From Eutreptiella sp. 'Long Island Sound 2002' (taxonomy: Eukaryota > Protista > Euglenida): DNA of 64,000 nt. The stretch is taken from assembly GCA_964036045.1 (NCBI GenBank), contig OZ038379.1:17794001-17858000 (forward strand), in the 5' to 3' direction. This document shows, one piece after another, positions 1 through 11,389 of the stretch. Positions within the stretch are counted from its first letter, which is position 1. Each line of letters begins with the position of its first letter. Under the pieces are notes generated by a model that was not told the origin of the DNA, searched no databases, and saw only the letters and a program-made list of their open reading frames with translations. The position numbers were made by a program, and so were the translations under genes.

Positions 1-300
1 GTAGAAACTGAAGTTCAATTCGTTCCCTGGAGCTGCCGTCGATAGTGTGTTTATGCAGCATCTATATGTTCTCTTTCAGCGCTTAGTCGATTTTCGTAAT
101 GGAAACGGAGGGTGCGCCGCATGGATTAGACGCACTGATCAAATTCTCCACAAATCACCAGGAGAAGTGGTCAAAAAATGTAGGCAAAAAGCAGGTGCTG
201 GACATGGCCCATTTGGAGTGGAAAAGGATCAATCAGAGTCACGGTTGGGTGGCTCGGATCCAGCATGCGGTTCAGCAGGTGGTGCCTGCGGGGCATGATG

Positions 301-1080
301 TCAGGGAGTTGTGGTATTTGCAGCCATTGTAGGGGGGGGCTTCTTCAAATCGGAGAGCCCAAGTTTTGCCTTGAGTGCAGCGGACAATGCACTCACGTCA
401 GGGTCTTCATCACCCGCACCCAGGACCCGGGAAAGCAGCTCCATGGTCTCATCGAGACCAAGCTTAGGGGCTGCCATACGTTGGGGCAAACCTCGCTCCA
501 CGCATGAGGGTTCAGGAGCCACCCCCTTTGGGGAGGGTACTGGCTCCAGGCACTCAGGCTCCTTCGGCTCCTTCGAAGGTGTAGGTTCTCTGGAAATCTA
601 GTCAGGTTCCCAGTCTGACGAATGGGCCGACGCCAACGCATCCAATTCGCCGTACGGTATCTCGAATATCTCGTCGCCCCAAGTAGCCCCGAACATCGGT
701 CCCAAAGCTGCATCTTTCCCTTTTCCTTTCATTGTTGTGCTTCTCCAGGCTTTGACCTTGGCATTGGCCACTTCGAACCCTAGAATAGGCGTGGTTTCGG
801 ACGGGGGCAATGAGGACACGACGGAAGCTAAGGCGGTTGCCACGGGGTCCTTGTCCTCGAGGCGCGTGAGATTCGCCCGCATTAAGCCAGGCACCTTAGC
901 GCCCGGCCGGACTTCTTCTGTATATATTTTTGTATTCTCTTCCGCCCCTCTTGGTTCTGCATGTCCTCCGAGAGGACCAGTATCACGGGGTACACCACTT
1001 GTAGATGAAGGTCCAGCCTTCACATCATCAGTTTTTGATCTGGTGCTTGTGATCGGTACGGTTTTGGCAGACATCTCCAC
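301..1080 (-). pseudogene. 5' part of a gag-like ORF of LTR element 1 (frameshifted, truncated)
   Basis: ORF 598-1080 starts just downstream of a PBS and LTR on the minus strand. The 301-522 frame (LLSRVLGA...LSAALKAKLGL) resembles LLAKLLSGALSEAVRAKLGI in the gag of element 2. Confidence 0.6.
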
Positions 1081-1142
1081 AGTTCAGAATACAAGTGTTT
1101 CTTGGTGTTCTTCGTGTTTTGCTTTAGTCTTCTAGGGCCCGT

Positions 1143-1153
1143 CTCTGCTACCA
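1143..1153 (-). promoter_or_regulatory. Primer-binding site complementary to initiator tRNA-Met
   Basis: Minus strand reads TGGTAGCAGAG, the complement of the eukaryotic tRNAi-Met 3' end (CUCUGCUACCA). It directly abuts the LTR. Confidence 0.85.
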
Positions 1154-1894
1154 GAAAAGGTTTCTGGTTTGCCCACACTTGTGCTTGTTCCTTGTATTTG
1201 TTTTAGAAAACCTTGCTGATTTTCACCAAGTCAAAATAAGGTCCACACAGAGATAAAGTAGAGCAAGTCCAGGCACCGGATCGATGAAATCAGGATAAAT
1301 CCTTCCACAATCAAAACATGTGCAACAAAGAGGGGCTGCACAAAGACAATGCAGGCTCAAATACAATGCTTCAGTCACATACGGACAAAACAAATGATTC
1401 TGTAGAGAAAACTGACATAAGTCTGGCCACAAAGATAGACCCAAGCACCTCATGTGCATGCAATGGAGTTGGTTAGGAATCTGGGGCAAGTAGGTTGGGC
1501 CAGACACACGATATGGCTTGGCCAGCATGGCCAAGCAACTGAATTCAGAATCCGTTAAAAGGTAGCCCCACAATAAGTAGGTGAAACAATTGAGTATAGG
1601 GGTCCTGAGGTGGGAGACCACTAGGCTTAACTTGCAAGGCCCAAGGCGTGAGGTGCCTATTTTATTTCGGTATAACCTCCATGAAGGAAGATACCTCCGC
1701 CCACTTAAGTGGTAGGGGTGAATTTCATGGGGGGCTAGGGTTATAACCCTAGTTACTTTGAAAAATGTTCTTAAAACTTCAAAAAGAGTGATAAAAATGA
1801 TTAAGTGTTAGCCTACACAACTTCCCAAGGTTTAGGGGGGGCTTCGCCTGGATCACGTACCCCAAGAAAGACATGGTAGTGACTTTTTCTTACT
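1154..1894 (-). repeat. LTR copy 1 (5' LTR of element 1)
   Basis: Collinear homology with 3625-4356 and 62399-63107. All three share the boundary ...TTCTTACT, and this copy is followed by a PBS. Confidence 0.85.
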
Positions 1895-3574
1895 TTTTGG
1901 ACCCTCGCGACTCACCACTATTAGGGGTGGGGTTGGCACCTCTCCCCAAGTGCCTCTTGAGGAATTTTTCCATATGGGAGTCGTTCTCCCTCTCCACAGC
2001 CAGCTCAATGAGCAGGTCCACCACGTCATCGTACGTATGAGTACGCCGCTTCCTCTCGGAAGTAGCCCTGCAATCCTCCCACGTACGAGGGGGGATTTTA
2101 CCCACAAGCCACAGGTGAGGTTCAGCCGGTCCCCCACGTTCATCCTGGAGAACAAATACTCCAGGTTGCCCACATAATCAGAGATACGCGCAGCGGGAGG
2201 GAATTCAAGGAGCATAGGAAGCTCTGCAATCTGTGTGCGAACACTGAGATCCGTCTCATAGACGGGGAATGTTTTCTCCAATCGTTGGAGAACCTCAGCC
2301 CAAGTCAAACAGGTTTTTACAATTTCTTTAACCTGTTTTTGCAGAAATTTCTTTTTACATGAACGCTTCAGAAGCGAACATTTAGTGGTCACATCCACGT
2401 GAGATTGGCCAGTCAGTAGAAGAAATTCAGCAAATTCCTCTGCCCATTCTGGCAGTTTTTTTGGATCGAACTCCGGCAGTTCTAGCTGGATATTCGCTGG
2501 GGCAATAGGTTTCACTCTTCACTCTCCCCACCCCCTGAGGTTGGATCCGAAGGGAGGGGAAACTTGCCAGCGAGTGGTGCCAAAGCCGTTAGTCCCCTCT
2601 TCTCGGCCTCGGTCACTAGGACATCCTGTAGCTCAGCGATGGGAACTGTTCGGGAACGAGGGTGAAAGGGACTTGGGGCAAGTGACCTTGGGTAGGAGCC
2701 TGGAAACCCTTGCTCTCTTGACATCGTCGGCGAGTGAGGTCAGACCTGGAGAAGGTGAGGCCATCGCCGGTTTTGCTAAGGGTTCAGTGATACCCAACTT
2801 GGCTCTTACAGCCTCAGACAGGGCTCCAGATAACAGTTTGGCCAGCAGTTCTGCCGTACAGTTGAGAGCACCATCAGCTGGCCCTGGGGTACGAGAACCC
2901 CTGACTGTGGGGTATGGGTATTCGTAGGCTTGGCACGCTTCTGGTGTTCTCGTTGCTGTGGGAGGTTCTAGTCGCCACGTAGGCTCTTCGCATAGTGGCA
3001 CAGTGAACCTCGAGCGTCTAGGCAGGGAGGCTGCGTCCGCCACGTCGGTCGGGGGACCCGAGTAGTAGTACCAGTCCATGTCAGTCTGGGGAGGAGACCC
3101 TATTGCGTCGATGGGCTCTTCGCCATCCTCTCCTCGTAGTGACTGGTGATATTCCCTGTGTAGCATGTACTGATCCATGCGCCTCTTCAGGTCATCGTGC
3201 TCTTCAACGCTAGTGGACGACGAGGCAGGACATACCGAACGGGTGAGGGAGACTGCAACGCGCCTGCGAAGGTGCTCCAAACTGTCACCATGGGCCGCAA
3301 AGGCCTCAGTGGTTAATGGTACTCCGGGCGCTCCTAGTGCAGGTCTAGGCGCCACTGTTTCAAGTTCTCTGGGCGCTTCTTTGTCCGCCCTTCTCTGATG
3401 TCGTGGATCTTCTTGAGACCCAAATGCGACCCCAACTCTGAGTCTAGGCTGAGTGAGGTTGAGCCCAGTCGCCAGCTGTACATTCCTGATGGGATATGTT
3501 CTTGGTGACATTGTCACCGATGGGAGGGACATGTTCTTCAGCTGGTTTTCCATTTTGGATTGTGTATTGCTCAT
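1895..3574 (-). pseudogene. gag-like polyprotein of LTR element 2, frameshifted and cut by LTR copy 1
   Basis: Consecutive frames 2633-3574, 2512-2724, 1853-2515 and 1890-2105. The helical capsid-like core reads ELPEFDPKKLPEWAEEFAEFLLLTGQ...YETDLSVRTQIAELP...THTYDDVVDLLIELA. No pol motifs are seen. Confidence 0.75.
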
Positions 3575-3613
3575 TTTTGTTCAGGGTCGGTTCGAAAGGT
3601 ACTCAAGGGAAGC

Positions 3614-3624
3614 TTCTGCTACCG
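3614..3624 (-). promoter_or_regulatory. Degenerate tRNAi-Met primer-binding site of element 2
   Basis: Minus strand reads CGGTAGCAGAA (9/11 match to the first PBS), at the same position relative to its LTR. Confidence 0.7.
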
Positions 3625-4356
3625 GAAAGAATATCCTCAATTATTGCCCTAAAGGTTTTGATGAAATCCTGCAGGTTTTGTAGTTGAAAAATAGGACCAC
3701 AACAGCAAGTAGAGCATGAAAAGGATAAGGATCGAGTCACCGAATAGTTTTGAAATCCAATGTATCACACAAGGGTTGCAGATAACAACAAGTGTAGTGT
3801 ATAGACAGAAGCAAGTCTAAATACAATGCATTCAACAAAATAGATGATTTTAAAAGAGAAAACTGACATAGGTCTGGCCTCAAAGATAGTCCCAAGCACC
3901 TCATGTGCACCTTTTGACATGCAATGCAGTTAGTTAGGCATCTGGGGCAGGTAGGTTGGGCCAGACACACGATATGGCTTGGCTAGCATGGCCAAGCAAC
4001 TGAATTCAGAATCAGTTAAAAGGTAGGCCCACAATCAGTAGGTGAAACAATTGAGTATAGGGGTCCTGAAGTGGGAGACCACTAGGCTTAACCTGCAAGG
4101 CCCAAGGCATGAAATGCCTATTTTATTTCGGTATAACCTCCATGAAGGAAGATACCTCCGCTCACTTGAGTGGTAGGGGTGAACTTCATGGGGGGGCTAG
4201 GGTTATAACCCTAGTTACCTCGAAAAATGTACTTAGAGCTTCAAAAAGAGTGATAAAAATGATTAAGTGTTAGTCTTCATTACTTCCCAAGGATTAGGGG
4301 CGGCTTGGCCTGGATCAAGTACCCCAAGAAAGACATGGTAGTGACTTTTTCTTACT
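3625..4356 (-). repeat. LTR copy 2 (5' LTR of element 2)
   Basis: Homologous to 1154-1894 and followed on the minus strand by a PBS and gag ORF. Confidence 0.85.
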
Positions 4357-4952
4357 ACGGGTGCAGCGTCTAATTGCGTCGACGAGAGAACACTTCCAAG
4401 TAGCTTCCAAGGTGCCCAAGGCGGTGAAGGCTGCCAAGCGACATATTTGGCGTAGTTGCTGGGATTTCTTGGGGCCGAGAACTAAAAACAATGAGAGACG
4501 CCATAGATGGATACAGAAGTCGACATGGCGGAGACGGCAAGGCATTGCGGCTGAACATGCCTTGTTTCGCATTTATTTCCATGAGGCTAACTTCCGCTTA
4601 GGGGAGAAATATGGGCAGATCCTGTTGCACCGCATGCCAACCCATGCTGGGAATGCCGGTTGGACCCCACCCCCAAATGTGCCTCATTTTGGGGCATCTA
4701 AATTGTGCACGCACAACAGAGGGCAAGAGCACGCTTCTAGTAACGAGCCTACCATGGGAAAGAGCACAGCAGCAAGCACGTGTGCATCTCCGTGACCAAA
4801 CCCAAAAGGGACTCATTACTACTAACGTACAACTTGCCCACTACTCCGCCACTGGTAACCAAAGGGCGTGGACACCGGAGGAGTTTCATACCATAAGAGT
4901 GCTCATGCAAAGGTGCCAAGAACTAGGCAGGAGGCCGAACCAATACTTGTAG
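4357..4952 (+). pseudogene. 5'-truncated ORF remnant, possibly the C-terminal part of a retroelement protein, interrupted by LTR copy 2
   Basis: Protein-like frames 4361-4795 and 4611-4952 begin right at the LTR boundary. No diagnostic motif recognised. Confidence 0.35.
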
Positions 4953-5999
4953 CGGTGCCAACGTGAATTGTATGTTTTATGTTCCAACAATGGTGTACGT
5001 CATCACATGGATGCAATTCCCCCACTTTGCCGCTTTTAAATTGCCGTTGTTTGTCATTGTGTGTGTCTTCCTTCCGTTGCGCCGAAGGCGCGAAAGACAA
5101 TTTTTTATGATACGGTTAAGGCTAAGGTTATGCTCCCCCCTTAGTGTTTGACTCACCAAGACCCTTTGCAGAAAAAGCCGAAGGTGGGCTTTTGCCGAAA
5201 AGGGCCGAAGATGGTGGAGGCCGTGCCGTTAGACCATTAACTGTGATAGGGGTCCTAAATGTACTAGTACACTGCCAACCCAATGTGCCACTCAAAGTGA
5301 CACTAATCTAATCAAACCATTTCAACCAGTTCTTCTGTACCTTCAACATGGGACAAATCCTCGAGATGCAAGGAAAAGCGCTGTTGACCAAGTTAAGTTT
5401 GCACAACAGGTACCCTATCACATTTAGGCAATAGGGTGGTATATCACCCTATCCGCGCCTGTGATAGATTGTGCTTGACAATTTTTTTTGCTTCCCTTTC
5501 TTACGAGCAGGTGTGAATGCTTTTGTCGGCTGCGAAGCATTGGTGGAACACAGCTTGTTGTGCCCATGTTTCCGGCGGCACGGTCAACACCAATTATTTT
5601 TGGGTCCTCTTCCAAAATCCGGGGCTGGTTGCAGCCACAGGTGCTTGGCAAGGCACAGTTGCGGGTTCCCGGACCGGTTATACTAAACGCCACAAGTAAC
5701 AGAGGCTAACCATGTACTCATTCTTCAACCGATCATTCAATGCTCAACACACAGCAAGAAATCAAGGCACTGCACCTCCTAGCATCAACATGTTGCCTCC
5801 ACCGCCGTCATTCCTGACCGTCGAGTCCACTGACGCTCACATTAGTGTAATAGCACAGCCTGGAGACAACCGAGCGACGACAGCGACAGACAAAAGCACA
5901 TGCAAACGACAGAACCGCTTTAACATCACAACAGTGAAGTAATATATGTGCACAGATTTCGAAAGCATCCGGACACCAGAATAACAAACAACACTGTAG

Positions 6000-7005
6000 A
6001 GGGCAATCTTCAAGCCGCTGTCATCAGTCACCTCACGCAACGGATCAATACCTAGTTTGTCATAGCTCCTCCTGTTGTTCCTTGCCTTCTTTCCATAGGC
6101 GCCCCCGCTCCTTCTACTTCTCTTTCTACTCCCGCGGCTATTGCCGCTCACACCTCGCGACTAGCCTAGTGGAGCGCCAACCCTCGTGTTGCAGTACGGC
6201 GCCACCAGCCACAACCAGCACCCCAGCAAAACGAGGAAGGTGGCCCACAGACCGCACTCAGCCAGCTCCGCCCCACTAGGCGGCGCCACTGGGAACCGCC
6301 GTGTGTCTTGGACCTTTGAAAGCACCCAGTGCCCAACGCCCAAGACACTATGAGCTCCTTGCAGGCTGTAGAGGACAATCTTCAGGCCAATGTCATCAGT
6401 CATCCAACGGATGTGTACCTAGTCTGTCTTAGCTCCTCCTGTTGTTCCTTGCCTTCTTTCCACAACCGCCCCCGCTCCTCTTGTCTCTCCTTCTATCTCG
6501 GCGGCTACTGCCGCAACCCAGGGCAAGGCTCACATAGCGCAACCAGCCTGGCCGAGCCGCCAACCTTTGTGTTGCAGTAGGGCGCCAGCAACACAAGGAC
6601 GACGGCCCGCAGGCCGCACTCAACCAGCCGAGCCCCACTAGGCGGCACCACTTGGAAACCCCGTACGTCTTGGACCATTGAAGCCACACGCCGCCCAACG
6701 CCCATGACACTACTAGCTCCATGCGGACTGTACGGGACAATCTTCAGGCCAGTGTCATGGGTCACCTCACACAACCAGATCAATGAGTGGTCTGCCGTAG
6801 CTCCTCTTTTTGTTGCTTCACTTCTTTCCGCAGCCGCTCCCGCTCCTCCTGCTTGTCCTTCTGCTCCCGCGGCTGCTGCCGCGGTTGAAGGCAAGGCTCA
6901 CCTAGCGCAACCAGCCTAGCCAAGCCGCCAATCTTCATGGTGCAGTAACGCGCCACCAGCCACAGCAAGTAGCCCAGCAGCACAAGGAAGGCGGCCCACG
7001 GGCCA
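6000..7005 (-). repeat. Diverged tandem repeat, about 370-bp unit, about 2.7 copies, coding-like
   Basis: The motif GGRCAATCTTCARGCC recurs at about 6001, 6372 and 6734, with collinear internal blocks. Minus-strand frames give a hydrophobic stretch followed by an E/K/R-rich stretch. Confidence 0.85.
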
Positions 7006-7739
7006 CACGGCTCTTCAACATAGGAACTCAAGCTGCATGTGGAGCCTACCAACCACGTGTGGCAATTTTGAATAGGTTGCAAACCTGTTTTGGGCAAGGA
7101 CAAAAGCTGGCTGTTTTTGGCCCAATAAGGAGGTGAAGAATTAGAAGTGCACCAACTGGTGCCTATGCCCCACGCCAGCATCGGGGATTTTTTGGCTCAA
7201 AACTTGGATTGGGCAAGGCTACCAGCTCAGCTCTAGTATGGCTAGAGTATAGTGTATACCATGAAGCGCTAGGAAGGAATAGTGACCAAAACAGAAAGGT
7301 GACGTGGTTGCTTGCTAGTAATATTACCATACCCCTCTCCCCTTAAACCTAGCTAACAACAAGCAACAACAAGCGAGCAACAAGCAACACTTCTCCGTTC
7401 TATTTTGGCCATTACTCCATCCCCACACATCACGCTCTATTGTACTGTAGCCATTTTCTACATTGACACATGGCCTGCCCGGAACCAAAGGTGGAGCCCA
7501 AAACTCACCAGTGGCGGCCCGGGGTGTAGGCACCAAGTAGGGAGGTGCCATCCCAAATCTGCACATTTTAGGGCCCAAATCAGGCGTTTTTTTTGCCCAA
7601 ATCAGCCCCAAAGTGCATTCTAAAACAACCAAAGGCTTGCTTTCCCCGCCAGCGATGCATTCATTGGTGCAACACCACACACGTGTACCTCAGCAAGGGA
7701 CGTGGTACCCGAGCAGTGGCACAGCCAACTGGTGAAGGA

Positions 7740-8043
7740 CTCCGGCAGATTAAAGGAAGGGCGGCAATCATCAAGCACATCTGTTGCTGATGTGCACACC
7801 TGTTGCTCATGTGCATGGTTCAACGCAATGAATACAATGCCAAATATGGCAGGCCTGCAATCCACAACGGGATGGGCTTGTGAATCCAATTGAACCATGG
7901 ACTGATATGCAGAGTTGGTGAGGGAGGTCAAATGCGACTCTCCTTCAGCTGACAGAATGGTTGGGTCCAAGTTGAAGACCTTGCCCTGGACAATGAACTG
8001 CAGCACCTTTGCATCTTCACAGACACATGCGACATCAACTCCC
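7740..8043 (-). pseudogene. T1-type (KCTD-like) BTB/POZ domain exon or remnant
   Basis: VLQFIVQGKVFNLDPTILSAEGESHLTSL...PVVDCRPAIFGIVFIALNH follows the BTB_2 pattern (V.lNVgG..F.t...tL....S.L...fiDRdp..F..il.yL). A TTGCAG acceptor lies just upstream. Confidence 0.55.
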
Positions 8044-8929
8044 CTGCAAGGACGTAAAAGCTGCCGCTGGAGGGCTGTGCATAGCACAGGGCGCACAAAG
8101 CAGGTTTGGCACGCACGCACAACGAATATCCAGCAGCTGCCTAGCAGCCAAGCATAGCGACTTTCCGCATGGTAGGCACAACACCGCATGCTAATAGGGA
8201 AACAAAACAGGGAACAAATTAATGGATCACATGACACAAGACGCATGACACCACACAGAGTCTGATGGATCCAAATCCTTATCTTCTTGGTCATATCTTG
8301 TGGTGCAACGTATGCAGTGACATGTGGGGTTGTTCCCATGCTATGTGCATTTTCTCTCTGAAAGACGATGATAGTCCCATGATAACCCTAGACAACTACC
8401 CCGAAGCCTGGAGCGTAAACCCCTACCAGGTCAACCCCCCCTCTCCCTCCTGCGCCGCCTATGAGAGGCAAAAACTTATTTGGGGGGACGGTAAATAATA
8501 GGCCCGGTTCATGATTTACCCGTTGAGAACACTCCATATGATTATAGATTCGCTGCAAACTGTACCACAGGTCCATAGCACAAAAAAAGGAGCCCACCCA
8601 ATTCTTCGAGGAAGGCTTTCCACTTCGCTGGCTGCTACTAGCCATGAGGGCTACGCCCAACCACATTAGGCTCGGGTCCCTCGACAACACTTTCTCGCCG
8701 GTACACGTTTCCGGGGTCGAACCTGGGTGTCACTGCCCCCCGAGTCGCTTGCGCTGCACCCCCCGCCATTATTACTATCTTCGTTGTCGCTGAGAACGTC
8801 GCTGGGGAACAATCCTGTCGGCCATATATTGCGGACTTCCAGTCTTGAAGACTTCTTGGCATACATGTCCTTGCTGATGGGATTTGGGGCTCTTGGCTAG
8901 TAGCTCTAGGAGTGCCTTCTTCCGGACAT

Positions 8930-9400
8930 TCAGTGTATCCCCGTGCCGTTTGGGTTGATCTCCATCGCCACCATGATTTGATGCTTGGCATCGGGGTTCC
9001 CGCCTGGTACAGCGTCGCTGCGCAGAGTCTGTGCCATCTGTGCCAGCGGACATTCTGCCACTTTGACCCTGCGAGCAGCTTCGCCATGACTCTTTCCAAC
9101 TGTTGTGGCCCACTGAAGATGGTGTCGTGCGGGCTGCGTCCCATTTAGCGGATTGCCCACCAATGTAAAAACCACACCTAGCGGAGCGCCTAGGGTCCCA
9201 CTCTTCTAGAGTACGCCCGGTGGTTGACCTTTTCGTCCCACAACGTGATCGTGCCTCGTATTCCATCAAGTCTTCGGACTTTGATACCCGCCATTTCCCC
9301 GACTTGAAACCCCGCCACCGTAGACGAGACCATTGTTGCCACCACCGCCCATTCGGTTGGGTTTTGGGCTTGGGAAGCTGTCTGCAGGGCCGCAACCAAT
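8930..9400 (-). pseudogene. Tyrosine recombinase catalytic domain (inactivated)
   Basis: AGFQVGEM (GxRxxE box with R to Q), WDEKV (catalytic Lys), WHRWHRLCAATL (HxxR with R to H), SWWRWRS and ARGY (Tyr at 8935-8937), with in-frame stops. Confidence 0.8.
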
Positions 9401-10041
9401 CCCCGCAGGACTTTGCTATCGTCCTAGGCGTTCTGCGGTCCCTTGACATATTTCCAGAAAAAACTTTGCACTGCATGCTCTGCGATGCCCATGGAGACCG
9501 CCCAGGTTGCTGCCGAGAGCACCGCTTTGTTGGTGCTAGGGCTTCTCCGCAGTGCCATTTCGTCCGGCTACTGCTCTTCAAGGATATTCCATTCGGGTAC
9601 ACTAGGAGCTACCGTGTGCCGCCTGTGCAGTTTTTGGAGCCAAAACGCGAACGTCCCTAGGGAGAATGTTTTCCAAGCGAGGGCCAACAACGTTCTTTTG
9701 TCTGGAGGTTCGCCAGATCTGCGATGCTGTAGGATGCCTCCCAGGACCGCTGCTGCCGTCTGGTAGGTTGGCCATGACGTTGGGAAACCCCACTGATTGT
9801 CCTCCTCTTCAGGGCGGGATCTGTCGCTCTCACCTCCCCCGGTGCCCTCCTCAACGTGTAGTGCGGCTTGGGTATCGTATGGGACCCCACCTGATTCTAT
9901 CCCAGCGTCAGGACGCCAGGATGGCTCTGGCCCCCTGCGGCACGACGCAGGGGATTTTCTCTCCAAGGCCCGGTCCTCTCCTGGGTCAGCCCCCGAGACA
10001 TGCGACCCCAGTCCTCCTTCGCCGCCCGGGATCTCGCCCCG

Positions 10042-10326
10042 TCAAACCAAGTCGCAGGTCCATACCCAGTGTCCTTTGCCACACTTGCACGCCTTCGGGA
10101 ATGGCGACACCCCCTCCCCCCGCGGGCCCATAGGCCCCAAGTGGACGGGGGTTGCGGGGTCATGCAAAGGCGCGACAGAGAACCGTGCAGTCGGCGCACC
10201 GAGAGACACAATGCACCCCCGCGTCCGTGGGCGGAGGTAACTGCGCCAGCTTGGCCTGCAGGTCCCGCAGGTCCCCCTCCAACTTGGCATTGTCCCTGCA
10301 CTTTTCCGGCAGATCATTCTGCACAT
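10042..10326 (-). pseudogene. gag-like zinc-knuckle fragment of the YR element
   Basis: CKCGKGHWVWTC resembles a CCHC knuckle and is preceded by a coiled-coil frame (AKLEGDLRDLQAKLAQL). Confidence 0.5.
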
Positions 10327-11317
10327 TGTACGCGTCTCCAGCCTTTGTCATGTAGAACTTGTATCCCTCATACTCCACAAACCAGAAGTACCACGCTTTG
10401 ATTTTCTTGCGGTACTTTCTTCTGCCTCTGCCAACATCTGCTCAACGGAAAGGTTGTGCTTTTTTCTCGGTTTGGACCCTTGCGATTGTGAGCTCCTGCC
10501 TCTATTGTCTTGGCATTCCGTGGACGTATGGTGGTATTTGTTCGCGCACGACTCTTTCATGCCCCACATGGTGGCCCAAACGTCGTTGCTCCGGAACTGG
10601 ATGGGCTTCATGCCTTCCGGCGCCTCCAGATCTTGAAAAAGCTGCACGAGGGCGGCTCCCAACTTACCGATCCACTTTGGCACACCCTTTTCCAAGAGCA
10701 CGGTTTCCACCGCCTCTCCGGACAGTTTTGGGCGCACTTTTTCTTTTTCTTGTCCTCCCCGCTTGGATTCCAGCTCTTTTATCCATCTGCTCAGTTCTTC
10801 AACCACGGAGTCGGGATTTTTTTTCGCCCTCCACCTGTTTGGTGCCTCGTACGAACGTCACACTTGCCCTGGACCCCACCACTCGGATTTCAAATCCTTT
10901 ATCCGTGTACCGACCAAACAGTGAATTTTTGGGAACAGTGAATTTTTGCATGTGAAAAAAGAATTAACATTTTGTCAAAAAATTTGCGTGAAAGGGCAGA
11001 ATGCCAAAAAATGGTTTTTTGCTATTTATTTTTTGGAATTAGTGTTTTGCGACCAAAATAACACCGAGCCGGGCAAATATTTATTACAATTTAGCGATTA
11101 TTTTTGTTACACTGACAATTTTGCGAAGTGTTCTTGAGGCTACTACCATGTTTGCTGTTCTGCTTCCCAAGGACCTAGATTTCTGCCCCCATCTCCAAAC
11201 ACACCTTTCTTTTGGTTGTTTCGCAATTAGAGTCACAAGGAACCCACATTCCGTGATTTAAAGAAAAAAGTCACCATCCGGCTTGTACGTAGTCCTTGAT
11301 CAAGGTACGGGAACGAA

Positions 11318-11389
11318 GCTCAGTGACCTAGTGGTTATAGCATGGGACAACTCAAACTGGAGCCCTTAGTTCAAACCACAACCGGGGCA
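11318..11389 (+). other. Possible tRNA-derived relic (pseudo-tRNA or SINE head)
   Basis: 72 nt with an A-box-like CTAGTGGTTATAG, a B-box-like GTTCAAAC and a partial acceptor stem. The T and anticodon stems do not pair. Confidence 0.3.

Larger units (their letters stand above)
8388..10806 (-). mobile_element. Decayed tyrosine-recombinase element (gag-like region plus YR; VIPER/TATE/DIRS-like or Crypton-like)
   Basis: Coiled-coil and zinc-knuckle-like frames (10042-10806) are followed by frameshifted YR frames (9568-9966, 8775-9602, 9190-9399, 8638-9144). Boundaries are approximate. Confidence 0.7.

Noticed and set aside
47-332. Plus-strand 77-83 aa ORFs as a gene
   Set aside because: They look protein-like but are cut by the window edge and have no recognisable motif.
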